A DNA stretch of 64,000 bases from the human T2T-CHM13v2.0 reference genome, Homo sapiens. Numbering within the stretch: the stretch's first letter is position 1; each line of letters begins with the position of its first letter. This document shows positions 14,947 to 28,046 of this stretch, piece by piece. The notes below the pieces were generated by a model. That model saw nothing but the letters and a program-made list of their open reading frames with translations, did no database searches and was not told the DNA's origin. A program made the translations under genes and the position numbers. The DNA lies in assembly GCF_009914755.1 (NCBI RefSeq), contig NC_060945.1; one strand, 5' to 3'.

Positions 14947-15879
14947 CTATATTCAAAAAAAAAAATCAGACTGTTAGGGCATAAATTTGGACAAAAGTAT
15001 GTCTCCCTTCCCTTCTCAACTCACTTCCTTTCCCTTTAGCAACCCAGACATGCATAAACAGTTCCACCTAATTCACACAAAGGAAATCTACTCTTCAAGT
15101 CCAATTCAGTCACATCAGTACTGAGTCCCTGAAAGGCTGTAAGAATTTCAAGGCTGGAGGACTAAACACGCATAACCTCAGCTCCTGCTCCCACTAAGTA
15201 AATCCACCAAAAACAAGCAGGTCATTAGGACATCAGCATGACTGTTGAAAATTTACAGTCAACAAAAGTAGAGGCCCTGCAAAAACATGAGGAAAGGTTT
15301 ACAATACTGAGCTTTTTCCAAACCAGAATTCAAAGCAGTCTGGATATTAGTGACTGCAACTACAAAAAACTTAAAGTAAATATGCACAAATTAACAGAGC
15401 TATTTGGAGAAGCAGGGTAATAAGGGATTTTTCTATTTTATTTTAAAAATGTAAATATAACTAAAATATAATTTTTGCTCAAATTAATTTATTCAACAAA
15501 TGAATACTTCGCGGACATCAATATTAAATTTATCAGGATTTTGAAAACATGAAGCCAATCTCGAAGCTGGTTTTCTAGCAGCAAGACCCAGTTTTTGCTT
15601 TTCTATTTTTATTTTGAGAAATCACATTATTATTCTGCCTATAAGATGGAGTAGTAACAGCTTGGCCAAGTTTCTATCTCCAATCAAATCTATATTTAAA
15701 AATGCTTCAAATTATATATTTAATAAGGCTCTTGCCGTTTTTTCATGGCCTAGAAAACTGCTTCTCTACAGTTTCAGAAAGGGAAAAATCAGTCTTCTAT
15801 GTACTTTTTTAACACTATATTTGGAATTTTCACATCTTAAGTGTAATGGCTAACTTACTATTTTAAAATAATAAAACTG

Positions 15880-16330
15880 GGCCAAGCACGGTAGCTCCCG
15901 CCTATAATACCAACACTCTGGGAGGTTGAGGCAGGAGGATCTCGAGCCCAGGAGTTGAAGACCAGCCTGGGCAACATAACAAGACACTGTCTCTATCATA
16001 TGAAAAAACAAATATTAAAAATAGTAATAATAAAACCAGGCCAGGCACAGTGGCTCACTCCTACAATCCTAGCACTTTGGGAGGCTGAGACAGGTAGATC
16101 ACTTGAGGCCAGAGTTCAAGACCAGCCTGGCCAACACGGCGAAACCCCGTCTCTACTAAAATTACAAAAGTAGCCAGGCATGGTGGTGCGTGCCTGTAAT
16201 CCCAGCTACTCCAGAGGCTAAGGCACAAGAATCACCTGAACCTGGGAGGCGGAGGTTCCAACGAGCCAAGATTACACCACTGCACTCCAGCCTGAGCAAC
16301 AGAGTGCGACTCTGACTCAAAAATAATAAA
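15880..16330 (+). mobile_element. Alu left monomer followed by a full Alu
   Basis: Alu consensus. Confidence 0.85.
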
Positions 16331-16839
16331 ATCAATGATGATGGCTAGGTTAATAGATCACAAAAGAACATACATGAAATCAAATCTCACCATGGCAACA
16401 ACCTCCAGAAACAAGGACTATAGGTAGATTTATCTCTGTGATTAACACAGTGTCTTACCCACAGTAGGTGCTTAATAAATATTTTTTATTCATTGCTCTC
16501 TAATCCTATTTTCTTTAGTGCCAGTGACAACGTCTCAGTATAAACATTTCCATCCTTTAATACTGTATTTATTTCCTTAGCAGTTTTCCTTTTCTTCCAT
16601 TCTATCTTCTGACCCAATGCAATGAAAACTTCTCAAAATATCAGTCAAAACTTCGTTGTTTTTACTTCAACACTGAAATTACAGCCAGTAAGAGTAAGGC
16701 TAGGCCTACCTAGAAGAAAATTAGTGATATGTATGTCAGTCTTAAGGTTTTGATATTTTTATTAAAACTGAAAATACACATCTCCAAATGGGGAAAAAAA
16801 TTATATAGTGTTAATGTTAAGAACAAAGTTGATTCCAAC

Positions 16840-17014
16840 CTCTTGAGACATAAACACAAGCATGAGGATTATGGACAGAAACAAATCCGTATTCCAGGAA
16901 CAGCCGTTGATTATCGTGAGGGCCGTAACAGATGAATACCTCTTCATGCTTTCTCCAACGTGAAGTCGTTCTAATTTCGTAAGAATGAGTTTCTTCATTA
17001 AACGCTGCTTTTAC
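16840..17014 (-). CDS. SETD4: SETD4 coding exon 6 (VKAAFNEE...EEVFICYG...VYVSR)
   Basis: 175 nt; TTCTAG acceptor, G|GTTGGA donor. Confidence 0.95.
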
Positions 17015-18639
17015 CTAGAAAGAAAAACTGTTAAGGTATTTTTTAAAGTAAGGTGTAAAACTCCAAAGCTGATTAAGTTATTACATAATATTAATGTGAG
17101 TCAGGTGCAGCTTTCAAACACCCATCAATAAATGTAACTACGCATAGGGAAAATGCCACTTCCGGTTTCATCCACCTCGACTTCACCCCATTGATGACGG
17201 AGGGAGTCCTGCCCTAGGGCTCTGGGGGTGGCCACACCACGACACCCGACACAGCACAGATGAGATCATCAGCAGTTTATTGGTCACGTCCACTCACAGC
17301 CCAGGGAAGGAGGACATGGTGGTGCCAATAAACTTTATCTGTAAAAAGCTAGAGAGTAAATACGTTCAGCTTTGCCAGCACTATGTGGTCTCTGTCACAA
17401 GTTGTTGTATTTTCACAATCCTTTCAAAGTGTAAAAACCATTCTTAGCTCAGGGCTCTTGGGCCACACGCCCACAGGCTGTAGTTCGTGCTGTGGTCTTC
17501 CTACAGTAAACTATAAACTCATTGGTTTGGCACATAAATGCACCAAAAGTCCCAATAAAAATAAATCACTGCTGACGGAGTCCCCATGTCTAGCATCCTA
17601 TCACACTACACACTCCTGATATTATTTCGTCAACATCAACCACAGAAACACTCACCTAATCCCAGGCTCCTTTGCTCCCGATTATTAAAGATACTTCTTT
17701 CTACAAAAGTAACAAGCAGACAGCCCTTGTTCCTGGGCTAAGAAAGCAGAGCGGGAACCTCCCTAAGCTCTGATCTCACGTAGAGAGCACGAAAGCTTAG
17801 CACGTGGGCTCACAAGGCATGGCTGCTCTTCTCCAGTGGAATGTCAGATGAAGGCGACGGCCAGGACACAGATCCCAGCCATGTCCCTCCACAACACACC
17901 CCAAAGTGGTTACAGGTGAGCCAACTGATGGACTCTCTTCCGCTCTCCAAGCCAGGCCTCTACCCCTGCATGCCCTGCAAATACACTCATTTCCTAAATG
18001 AGCCACCTGGGGAAAGCGCTGGGGAGGAGGCGATCTGTGACCACCTCCCAAATCAGGTTTCTTTCATTATTTCCCAGAACCCTTTCCCCACAAATACCCA
18101 TCCATTCAATAAACATTTACTGAACACCTACTATGTGCCAGGCCCTGCCATGAGCACTGAGGTGACAAAGAGGAACAAGACAAAGACCCCATTCTCAAAG
18201 ATTTCAGAGCTCAGTGGGAAAAAGAGCAAGTCAGTCAGCGATCAGAGCGAAGAGAAATGCTGTGACAGCTACAACACCAGTTTAAAAGGGACGGGGCAGG
18301 AAAGCAAGCTAAGCTTCAGTCCCGGAAGGAGGAACGAGGGAGAAGGAAGGAAGGCTCCGCACCACAGGCTGCTGGGAAAGACCGGACAGAGGATGCAGCA
18401 CGAGGCTCTGTAGGCCTGAAGAGCAGAGTGAAGAAAAGGGGCCAAGGCAAGCACTGCGGGAGGGATAGTGGGGTCTAGAAGAACAACAGGAGCCTCCTGA
18501 CGTCAGGCCAACCTGACAGGGTCACCTGAAGCCGCCGACACCTCTCCCTGTGGTGCCACCCACATCTACAGCCACAGGTTCTGGGCAGCGGAAGCCTTCC
18601 TATCCAAATAGAATAGCTGCTCCCTTGTCAGCTTCTCAC

Positions 18640-19069
18640 CTGGACATGTGGGCTATGATTCAGCAGGTCCAGGTACGGAGCGAGTGCACAGGTGTCCGGC
18701 TCTGCAGAAAGGCATTCCCGCTGCCTGGGCCTCAGGTACACGGCTCTGGTGTTGACGGTGCACCAAGCCCACAGCAGGGCACTGTAGCTGAAGATGCTGT
18801 CAACAGCCTCCGCAAACAGAGGCTGCAGAGAAGAGAAAAAGTCTCTGGAGGAAGCAAAGAACTCCTGCACGTGGGCTCTCTGCTCTTCAGCCTTTGCTTT
18901 TAAAGATTTGGGAAGAAGGTTCACCACTTCCGGCTCCAAACAAACAGGGCAGGTATACGCCTTGGGTAAAATCTCCAGGTAAGGCTTCCAAAGAGATCGG
19001 TGCCCAGCATGCTTTTCTGAAACTAAAAAGGTGCACAGCGCCAGCAGAGGAGATGGAGGAGGCTTCCAC
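18640..19069 (-). CDS. SETD4: SETD4 coding exon 5 (WKPPPSP...DLLNHSPHVQ)
   Basis: 430 nt inside ORF 18628..19113; AAG acceptor, CAG|GTGAGA donor; NHS SAM-binding motif. Confidence 0.97.
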
Positions 19070-20032
19070 CTTTGAAAATTAAAAGCCAGTTTAAAGGAAT
19101 TACTTTGATTCAAAATACGAAATAAGCCAAGCAGTTTGTTTTGCTGCCAGAAGGAGTGTGTTCAAACTGTCAACACACTCAGTTTACTTAACAGACTCAA
19201 GAGTTCCTTCCTTCCTTCCTTAAGGCTCTTCCTCTCCAGGGGAGCACAGCCCCAGTGCTAGTGCTCTGAAAGAGCCATACTTACATGTCAGAAAAACTGA
19301 CTCACTAAGCCAAGTTCCAGGTTTGTTTGCAAGAGATTCCTCTTTGCAAAAAAACCTCTTTGCTTCCAACTTGGTTCTCCAGTTGTAAACCTTTTGACCT
19401 AAGTCCATTTGTCTCACCTATGTAAAGATATAAAATATGGTGGGGAAAAAATGGTGGAAAGAACTGAGACCTGCACCATCCGATATAGTAATCACTGGGT
19501 ACACAGAGCTATTTAAATTTAACCTTTAATTATTTAGAATTGAATATTTAAAATTCAATCCCTTGGTAAGATAAGCTATGTTTTAATTGCACAATAGCCA
19601 TTCAGAGCTAGTGGCCACCATACTGGACAATGCATAAAAAACATCTGTCATTGCTAAAAGCTCTATTGGAGGGCACCAACCTAAACCAAAACTGAATATG
19701 CTCATATACAGTTGTTGCAGTTCTAAAGCTTTTATTCCTAAGTTTACCTGCTCTATTACAAATTATGTATCACAGTATTTTTACTTGCACAATTGCCGAT
19801 AAAAAGATCTCATGTTGCCTGAATGTATTTAGAAAGTTTTCATCAATCCTTCGACATCCAGATTCCTATACTGCCATACATTCTACTCAAAATTTCAGAA
19901 TGATTCAGAAAATGTTAACAATGACAGCATCATTGTCTCTACACAGGCCTAAAAGACCTATTCACTCTCTTCCAAAAACATGCCAGGGGGAAAAAAGACC
20001 AGCACTTACCTAATGGTTAAGAGACAGTATAC

Positions 20033-20395
<363 letters not shown>

Positions 20396-20766
20396 TCAAA
20401 GATGCCCCAAAACAAAGGCCCAGCAGAACGTGTGCCAGAAAACAGTTCTTCCCCATCAGCCTCCTCTCTTCTATACCTAAATAAAACTAATTCTTTCACA
20501 AAATTAACAGCTCTTCAAAGTTCAAGGAAAACTGAAGTACAATAACGGTAGAAATAAGAGAGAGTAACTTACATTTGTCAAGAGCTACTATGATGGAAGA
20601 GAAGAGGCTACTATGAGCCAAGGCACTCAGCTGTGATTTACATATATTATCCCATTTAATTTTTATTTCTTAGTCAGTGATGGATCGGGATATCATACCC
20701 ACACTCCAGGAAGCCTATTAAAAACCTTAGAAATGCCATTTACAGTGAATTAAGAACAAACTTTCT

Positions 20767-21066
<300 letters not shown>

Positions 21067-21204
21067 AGAGAGAGAGAAAGAGAGAGAGAGAGACAAGGAA
21101 GGAAGGAAGGAAGAGAGGGAGGGAGGGAGGGAAGGAGGGAAGGAGGGAGGGAGGGAGGGAGGAAGGCAGGCAGGCAGGCAGGCAGGAAGGCAGGGAGGGA
21201 GGGC
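21067..21204. repeat. Compound purine-rich microsatellite (GA/GGAA/GGGA/GGCA) replacing an Alu tail
   Basis: Read directly from the sequence; follows the Alu 3' end. Confidence 0.9.
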
Positions 21205-21365
21205 AAACTTTCTAGAATGGAGTAAACTTTTCACATCATTCAGGTTATTTATCAGCTCTACAAGGGACTGGGTTCTAATGAATTGTGTCTCAAGTGACAT
21301 ATTTGCCATTGACAGACCTTAAGGAGAAGCACTTGCACCAGGTAAGCAAGTGTGTGGTCACTTAC

Positions 21366-21454
21366 TTAGTAATGTATGCCCCTAAGTAGCTTCGAATCAC
21401 TGTGTCCGTGGTGAGCAGGCAACTCTCAGGCAACGAAATAATCATCTGTCCCTC
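21366..21454 (-). CDS. SETD4: SETD4 coding exon 4 (EGQMIISLPESCLL...AYITK)
   Basis: 89 nt; CCAG acceptor, AA|GTAAGT donor. Confidence 0.95.
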
Positions 21455-21694
21455 CTGGCCAAAAGGAAAGTAAAGTTGAGGACGCCTATGCTTTGGGAAG
21501 GACCCATGAGTATGAGTCTTACAAAGTCGTTGATCCCACAATCACCTACCAGTAACCCACTGTAACTCAACCAAAAGCCACCAATGAGCCTACCAATGGA
21601 GTCGCTCCCAACTCTGCGAGTCAGCAGATGCACACGAGGCTGCTCCAAGGCGAGGCCCCACAGCCCCAACAAAAATGAAAGGTCAATTATGTGA

Positions 21695-21977
<283 letters not shown>

Positions 21978-22296
21978 TATTTCTTCACTTTCTTATGCCA
22001 GGAAATAGTGCTACCAATAGTAAACAGACAGAAACTACCCCCAAAAAATTGTATCCAGTGAAATCCAAGTGGCCAGGTGATGGTCTGCTCTCTACATAAC
22101 CCACGCTTATGAGCTAAAGAAAGGCCAGCATGCCCAACACAGTAAGCGTCGAACTCTACCACTTGCAAGAGTATCGTTTTCAGTGTCTCCCACGGAGATA
22201 GAACCATGGAAAGAAAAATTAGATGTAAAGTAATAGAAAACAGTTTAAATAAACACTGCATGAAGAAGCCAGATGTAAGACTCTCCTTTAATTCTA

Positions 22297-22653
<357 letters not shown>

Positions 22654-23077
22654 TCAATTTCTGGTTTCCTCATCTGTAAAGCAAGATTAAGCTGGATGAT
22701 CACTATGGTCACTTCCCATTCCAACATCCTATGATCTTTTGGTTTGAAAATATTTGGGTAAATCTCTTTATCATCAAAATGCAAACTGTACACTTCACTG
22801 TGCATTTCACTATATGTAAAATATGTCTCAATTTTCAAAAACTTTTGATAAAACAACCATATTTGAATGTACATGTGAAACAACTGCCAATTATTTCATG
22901 ACCTAAACAAAAACTACCTGTAGTTACTGCTGCATACATGACATTTCTCATCCCCAAATTCTGCTACAGAATAAAGTCAATTACACCTTCCTCCAAAAAC
23001 AAAAATATTGTACAACAATATGAATGTACTTAATACTACTGAACTTCAAAATGGTTAAGATGGTAAGTTTTATGTTA

Positions 23078-25061
23078 GATGAGCTTCCGGGTTTATGGAT
23101 TCGTGGGCTGCTTCCACCTGCTAGGAGGGTGGTGCACTCTAACTCGGGGACAGAAGCCCCTGTGCTCAGGACTCTTGCAGACCTCTATATCTGGCTGTTC
23201 ATCTTCCATAATCAACTGGTAGATGTTACATCCAAGAGGAAACAATCCAGGCAAGGAAGCACAAGCTGATCAAGATCTGTAGTTACGTGGCTGCCAAGTT
23301 GTGGTTTTTGATAGATTGTCCCATCAGGGAAGACTATCCTCAAACAGAGATTTTACGAGCATTAAAGGCCAAATGTTGTGAGGAGGAACTGGACTTTAGG
23401 GCTGTGGTGATGGATGAGGTGGTGCTGACAATGGAGAAAGGAAACTTGGGTCTGCGGATCAATGGAGAGCTAATCACTGCCTACCCACAAGTGGTGGTAG
23501 TCAGAGTACCAACCCCTTGGGTGCAAAGTGATAGTGACATCACTGTTTTGCGCCATCTAGAGAAGATGGGATGCCAGTTAATGAACCGACTTCAAGCCAT
23601 CCTGAACTGCGTTAATAAGTTCTGGACATTTCAAGAGTTGGCTGGCCATGGTGTTCCTCTGCCGGATACTTTCTCTTATGGTGGCCATGAAAATTTTGCT
23701 AAAATGATTGATGAAGCTCAAGTACCGGAGTTCCCAATGGTAGTAAAGAATACGCGGGGTCATAGAGGTAAAGCTGTTTTCTTGGCTCGAGATAAGCACC
23801 ATTTGGCTGATCTAAGCCATCTTATTTGCCATGAAGCGCCATACTTGTTCCAGAAGTATGTTAAAGAGTCACATGGACGGGATGTACGTGTCATTGTCGT
23901 GGGAGGCCATGTGGTTGGCACCATGTTACATTGTTCAACAGATGGGAGAATGCAAAGCAACTGCTCATTAGGTGGTGTGGGGATGATGTGTTCATTGAGT
24001 GAACAAGGGAAGCAGCTAGCTATCCAGGTGTCTAATATCCTGGGGATGGATGTGTGTGGCGTTGACCTGTTGATGAAAGATGGCAGCTCCTTCTGTGTCT
24101 GTGAGGCCAATGCAAATGTAGGTTTCATCGTCTTTCATAAGGCTTGTAATCTAGATGTAGCTGGTATCAGAGCAGACTATACTGCCTCCCTTCTACCCTC
24201 TGGCCAGCTCACCCAGCGTATGTCCCTGCTCTCTGTGGTGTCCACTGCCAGTGAGACTAGTGAGCTGGAGCTGGGTCCCCCAGCCAGCACTGCTGTTGAC
24301 AACATAAGTGCAAGTTCCAGCTCTGTTGACAGTGACCCTGAAAGCATGGAGCGAGAGCTGCTCACCAAACTCCCAGGGTGACTGTTCAACATGAACCAGC
24401 TGCTAGCCAATGAAATCAAACTACTGGTGGACTGACTCCACTGGTAATTAACCAACAAAACCCTTGTAAAACTTTCTTTCTTTTTTCTTTTCTATTTTTA
24501 AAACCAACTTGCAATGCTGTTCATGGAGGATGCTCAGGAAGATGAGAGAAAATTAGTAGGATTAGTTGGAGAGAGTGGGAGATAGACGAGACCCCCGCTA
24601 GTAAGATGTTACTTTCATTTACAAATCCTACAGAGAGGCAGAATAGGTGGGGTATAGAAAAATGTCAGGCTGTCAGTTACCCTTTTAAATTGCTAAAAAA
24701 TTTGTATGCTCATAGACCATGAGGAACAAATACTTTTTTTTTCATGGTCCCTTGCTTTTGTTTTTGTACAAAAAAAATGGTTTTGCTACAAATATCCAAG
24801 TAGCATAACTCCACATTGTGTTGGAAGATTTGTCATCAGTGAGGAAAACATCTGCTTAAATTACAGGAATTTTTGTATTATACAGCTCTGAAAATTCTGC
24901 CATTTCCTTATTAACTAGCAGCTTTAGTTTGTAGTTTATGAAATCTTGAGGGGCTCTTTTACTGGGATTTCTTATTTTTGTTTTTCGTTTTTTCCCTCTT
25001 AATTTGGTGGGAGGGTCAAAGTGAATATAACCCAATAAAGGCTTCTTAATGACAAAAAAAA
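23078..25061 (+). pseudogene. RIMKLBP1: Processed pseudogene of RIMKLB (beta-citrylglutamate/NAAG synthetase, ATP-grasp fold)
   Basis: Intronless RIMKLB-like frame 23275-24435. Start codon is ATC instead of ATG (23275); premature TGA 24379-24381; AATAAA 25034-25039 plus A tail; 13-bp TSD AAGTTTTATGTTA at 23065-23077 and 25062-25074. Confidence 0.95.
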
Positions 25062-25322
25062 AAGTTTTATGTTACATATATTTTACAATTAAAAATTTTT
25101 AAATGATGAAAACATTAACACGGCGTAATAGAATTACAACATTAAAACATACCATTCTTTATATATTGGACTTCTTGTGTTTGTGATTTTCACCTGTTTA
25201 GGAAAGATAACCTGAATTCCCTTGCTGACTATGCTTGCATTTTAAAGAAACTATACTTTCCTTTAATATTTTAAAAACTTCTCTTTTTAACACAACATTT
25301 TTAAAAAGTAAAATTACTTTTG

Positions 25323-25633
25323 GGCCAGGCATAGTGCCTCATGCTTGTAATCCCAACACTTTGGGAGGCCAAGGCGGGCAGATCACCTGAGGTCAGAAGT
25401 TCAAGACCAGCCTAGCCAAGATGGTGAAACCCTGTCTCTACTAAAAAAAAAAAAAAAAAAAAAAATTAGCTGGGCATGGTGGCACATGCCTGTAATTTCA
25501 GCTACTTCAGGAGGCTGAGGCAAAAGAATTGCTTGAACCCAGGAGACGGAGGTTGCAAGGAGCCGAGATCGCGCCACTGCACTCCAGCCTGGGCAACAGA
25601 GCAAGACTCTGTCTCAAAAAAAAAAAAAAAAAA
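25323..25633 (+). mobile_element. AluS
   Basis: Alu consensus. Confidence 0.9.
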
Positions 25634-26640
25634 GGACGTTTTATCTACTGAAAAAAAAAAGATACCATTCCTTAGCCTAAACATATGTACACATCTGAGT
25701 GCAAGTTTTAAATAGAGAATTTAAAATAAGATAATTTTTAAATAAAGGAAGAAATTAATTTCTGGCTTCACAGAAAATCGTGCGCTAGAGATCTTTAAAA
25801 TAGCATTGGAAGAATGAAAAGAAACCTTGGAGGCTGTCATTTACTTCCTCATTTTGTAGGTGAGGAAACAGGAGCCAAGAGTATGAGGGGTCTCATGCTG
25901 GGGCCTCAGGCAGCTGAAGGCAACTCTGGCCCAAGTCTGAGGCCTCATCCTCCCCTAGCTCTGGTTTCTACCTGCCACATCACGACTGCCTCACAGACAG
26001 CAGCAGCTCCCTTGGCATACTGAAAACGTGATCTGACATGTAACATGTGCTGTGGCAGAGATTGCTAGTTGCCTATCCCAACACGCCTTCTCTCCCCCTC
26101 CTCGCTAACGGAATCCTACTTAGAGGGCACGTGGCTGGGGAAAGGCCAGCACGGATCTCCTCCCTTGCAGCTGGCTAGGGCTGTGTACCTGATCACTGGC
26201 CAAGGACAGAGGGACTGGAATTTCCTTAAAGGAAGGAAGCCTGCCCTTCCTCACCCGCTTGCTCTCTCCTGATGCCCAAGTTCCAAGACCCACAACCTGA
26301 CCTGAGGGTGCAGTTCCCTTAAGGACATGAGAGAGCTGGAAGGAGTTGGGGCCTCTGCCAGCCATGGGACTGCCCCACCAGCCAGGGTCAGCCTACTCCA
26401 AGCTTGTTTCTATGAGTGAGAACAAAATAAATTTCCATGCTGCTTAAGCACCTCAATTTTGGGCTTGTCTTTTATTGCAACAAACTTAATCCTAGTTGAT
26501 AGAACCATATTCAAATATATCTATTAGGTAAGTAAGAAATGACTGTATGTCTGAAATTTTTTTAATTCACTTCGTTTGAACCGCAAAAACAAAGCAGCAA
26601 AATCTACATTGGGTTTCAAGGATCAAAGAACAGTTCTCAC

Positions 26641-26678
26641 CTGCAGGGATGTTTGACTCATCAGCCCTCTTCCTGTAC
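26641..26678 (-). CDS. SETD4: SETD4 coding exon 3 (GTGRGLMSQTSLQ)
   Basis: 38 nt; TTCCTAG acceptor, CAG|GTGAGA donor; carries the SET GxG motif. Confidence 0.95.
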
Positions 26679-27579
26679 CTAGGAAAGCAAAGACAGAAAG
26701 AGAGTAAATCCTACCATAACTTCAAGGTCCCAGAGATAACTATTATGGAAAAAAAAAATGTGAACTTCAAAATTACACAAGGCTGAAGCTGGATGTCTCT
26801 CAGCCTTTGATTCCCAGGGGAAACAGGGAGTCAGAAAGCTATTCCAGAAAATGTCTTGACCTCCAGTGAGTTATAATCCTTGAAGGGCAGTCAGCTTCAG
26901 AGGTGAGACCTAAAGAGCACCGTGGACTTTATACAGACCTACTGCTGGGCCTCCTGCAGGACGCTTTGGGCTGGACTCTCTCCACTGGGGCCTACCAGCT
27001 AACAAGGTGCTATTCCCAATGCCCAGCCAACCTCTGAGGCTAGAGCCCCAGGCCACTTATCCCCATTACCAGACTCAGCTCTCCCAAGTGAAGACCTTGA
27101 GACCCCTTTGATTGGCCGACTGGCCAATAAACCCCACTCAAGTCCCCACAAAGCCTGCAGACATCCTCCCCTCTCTGATCAGGTAACCCATGAGATGGGC
27201 TCTCCATGACCTGGTGAGCTCAGCTGGGTAGGTCAGCTCCAGCTGTTCCCTGTGAGCCAAGGCTCCGGCTGGAGCACAGTCACCATAGTAACCTCAGCAG
27301 CTGCATTAATACCAATTAATTCAATAAATTCCTTTATTTAAAAATTAATACCAACTTCCAGAAGTTTCTCCCTTCATGCCTAAGCTTCTGCTCCTGGAAC
27401 AGTCAGACAAACATTGAAAGGATGCTCAGATGACAGCTTTTCTGGCAGGCATAGGTATTACATGGTCATAAGAGGCCTAGAGCATTAACGTCTCCAATTC
27501 ATCGTTCTTCACCTTTCCTCTCTTAGCTGGGAGGGAAAATAATTCAGCCAAGTCAGTGCAGGACTACTGGGAGCTCCCA

Positions 27580-28046
27580 GCTCACGGTGGCTCACTGCCT
27601 CAAGTCCTCCATCAGTTTCCCGCAACTTGGATTTGATGCTCCCGGCTCATGGTGGGAATTCCTGCCTCAAGTCCTCCATCGGTTTCCTGGCAGGTTGGAT
27701 TTGATGCTCCTGGCTCATGGTGGGAATTCCTGCCTCAAGTCCTCCATCGGTTTCCTGGCAGGTTGGATTTGATGCTCCCGGCTCATGGTGGGAATTCCTG
27801 CCTCAAGTCTTCCATCAGCTTCCTGGCAGGTTGGATTTGATGCTCCTGGCTCATGGTGGGAATTCCTGCCTCAAGTCTTCCATCAGCTTCCTGGCAGGTT
27901 GGATTTGATGCTCCTGGCTCATGGTGGGAATTCCTGCCTCAAGTCTTCCATCAGCTTCCTGGCAGGTTGGATTTGATGCTCCTGGCTCATGGTGGGAATT
28001 CCTGCCTCAAGTCCTCCATCAGTTTCCCAGCAAGTTGGATTTGATG
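27580..28046. repeat. 68-bp minisatellite, about 6.8 copies, in a SETD4 intron
   Basis: Unit CTCATGGTGGGAATTCCTGCCTCAAGTCYTCCATCRGYTTCCTGGCAGGTTGGATTTGATGCTCCYGG recurs exactly every 68 bp. Confidence 0.97.
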
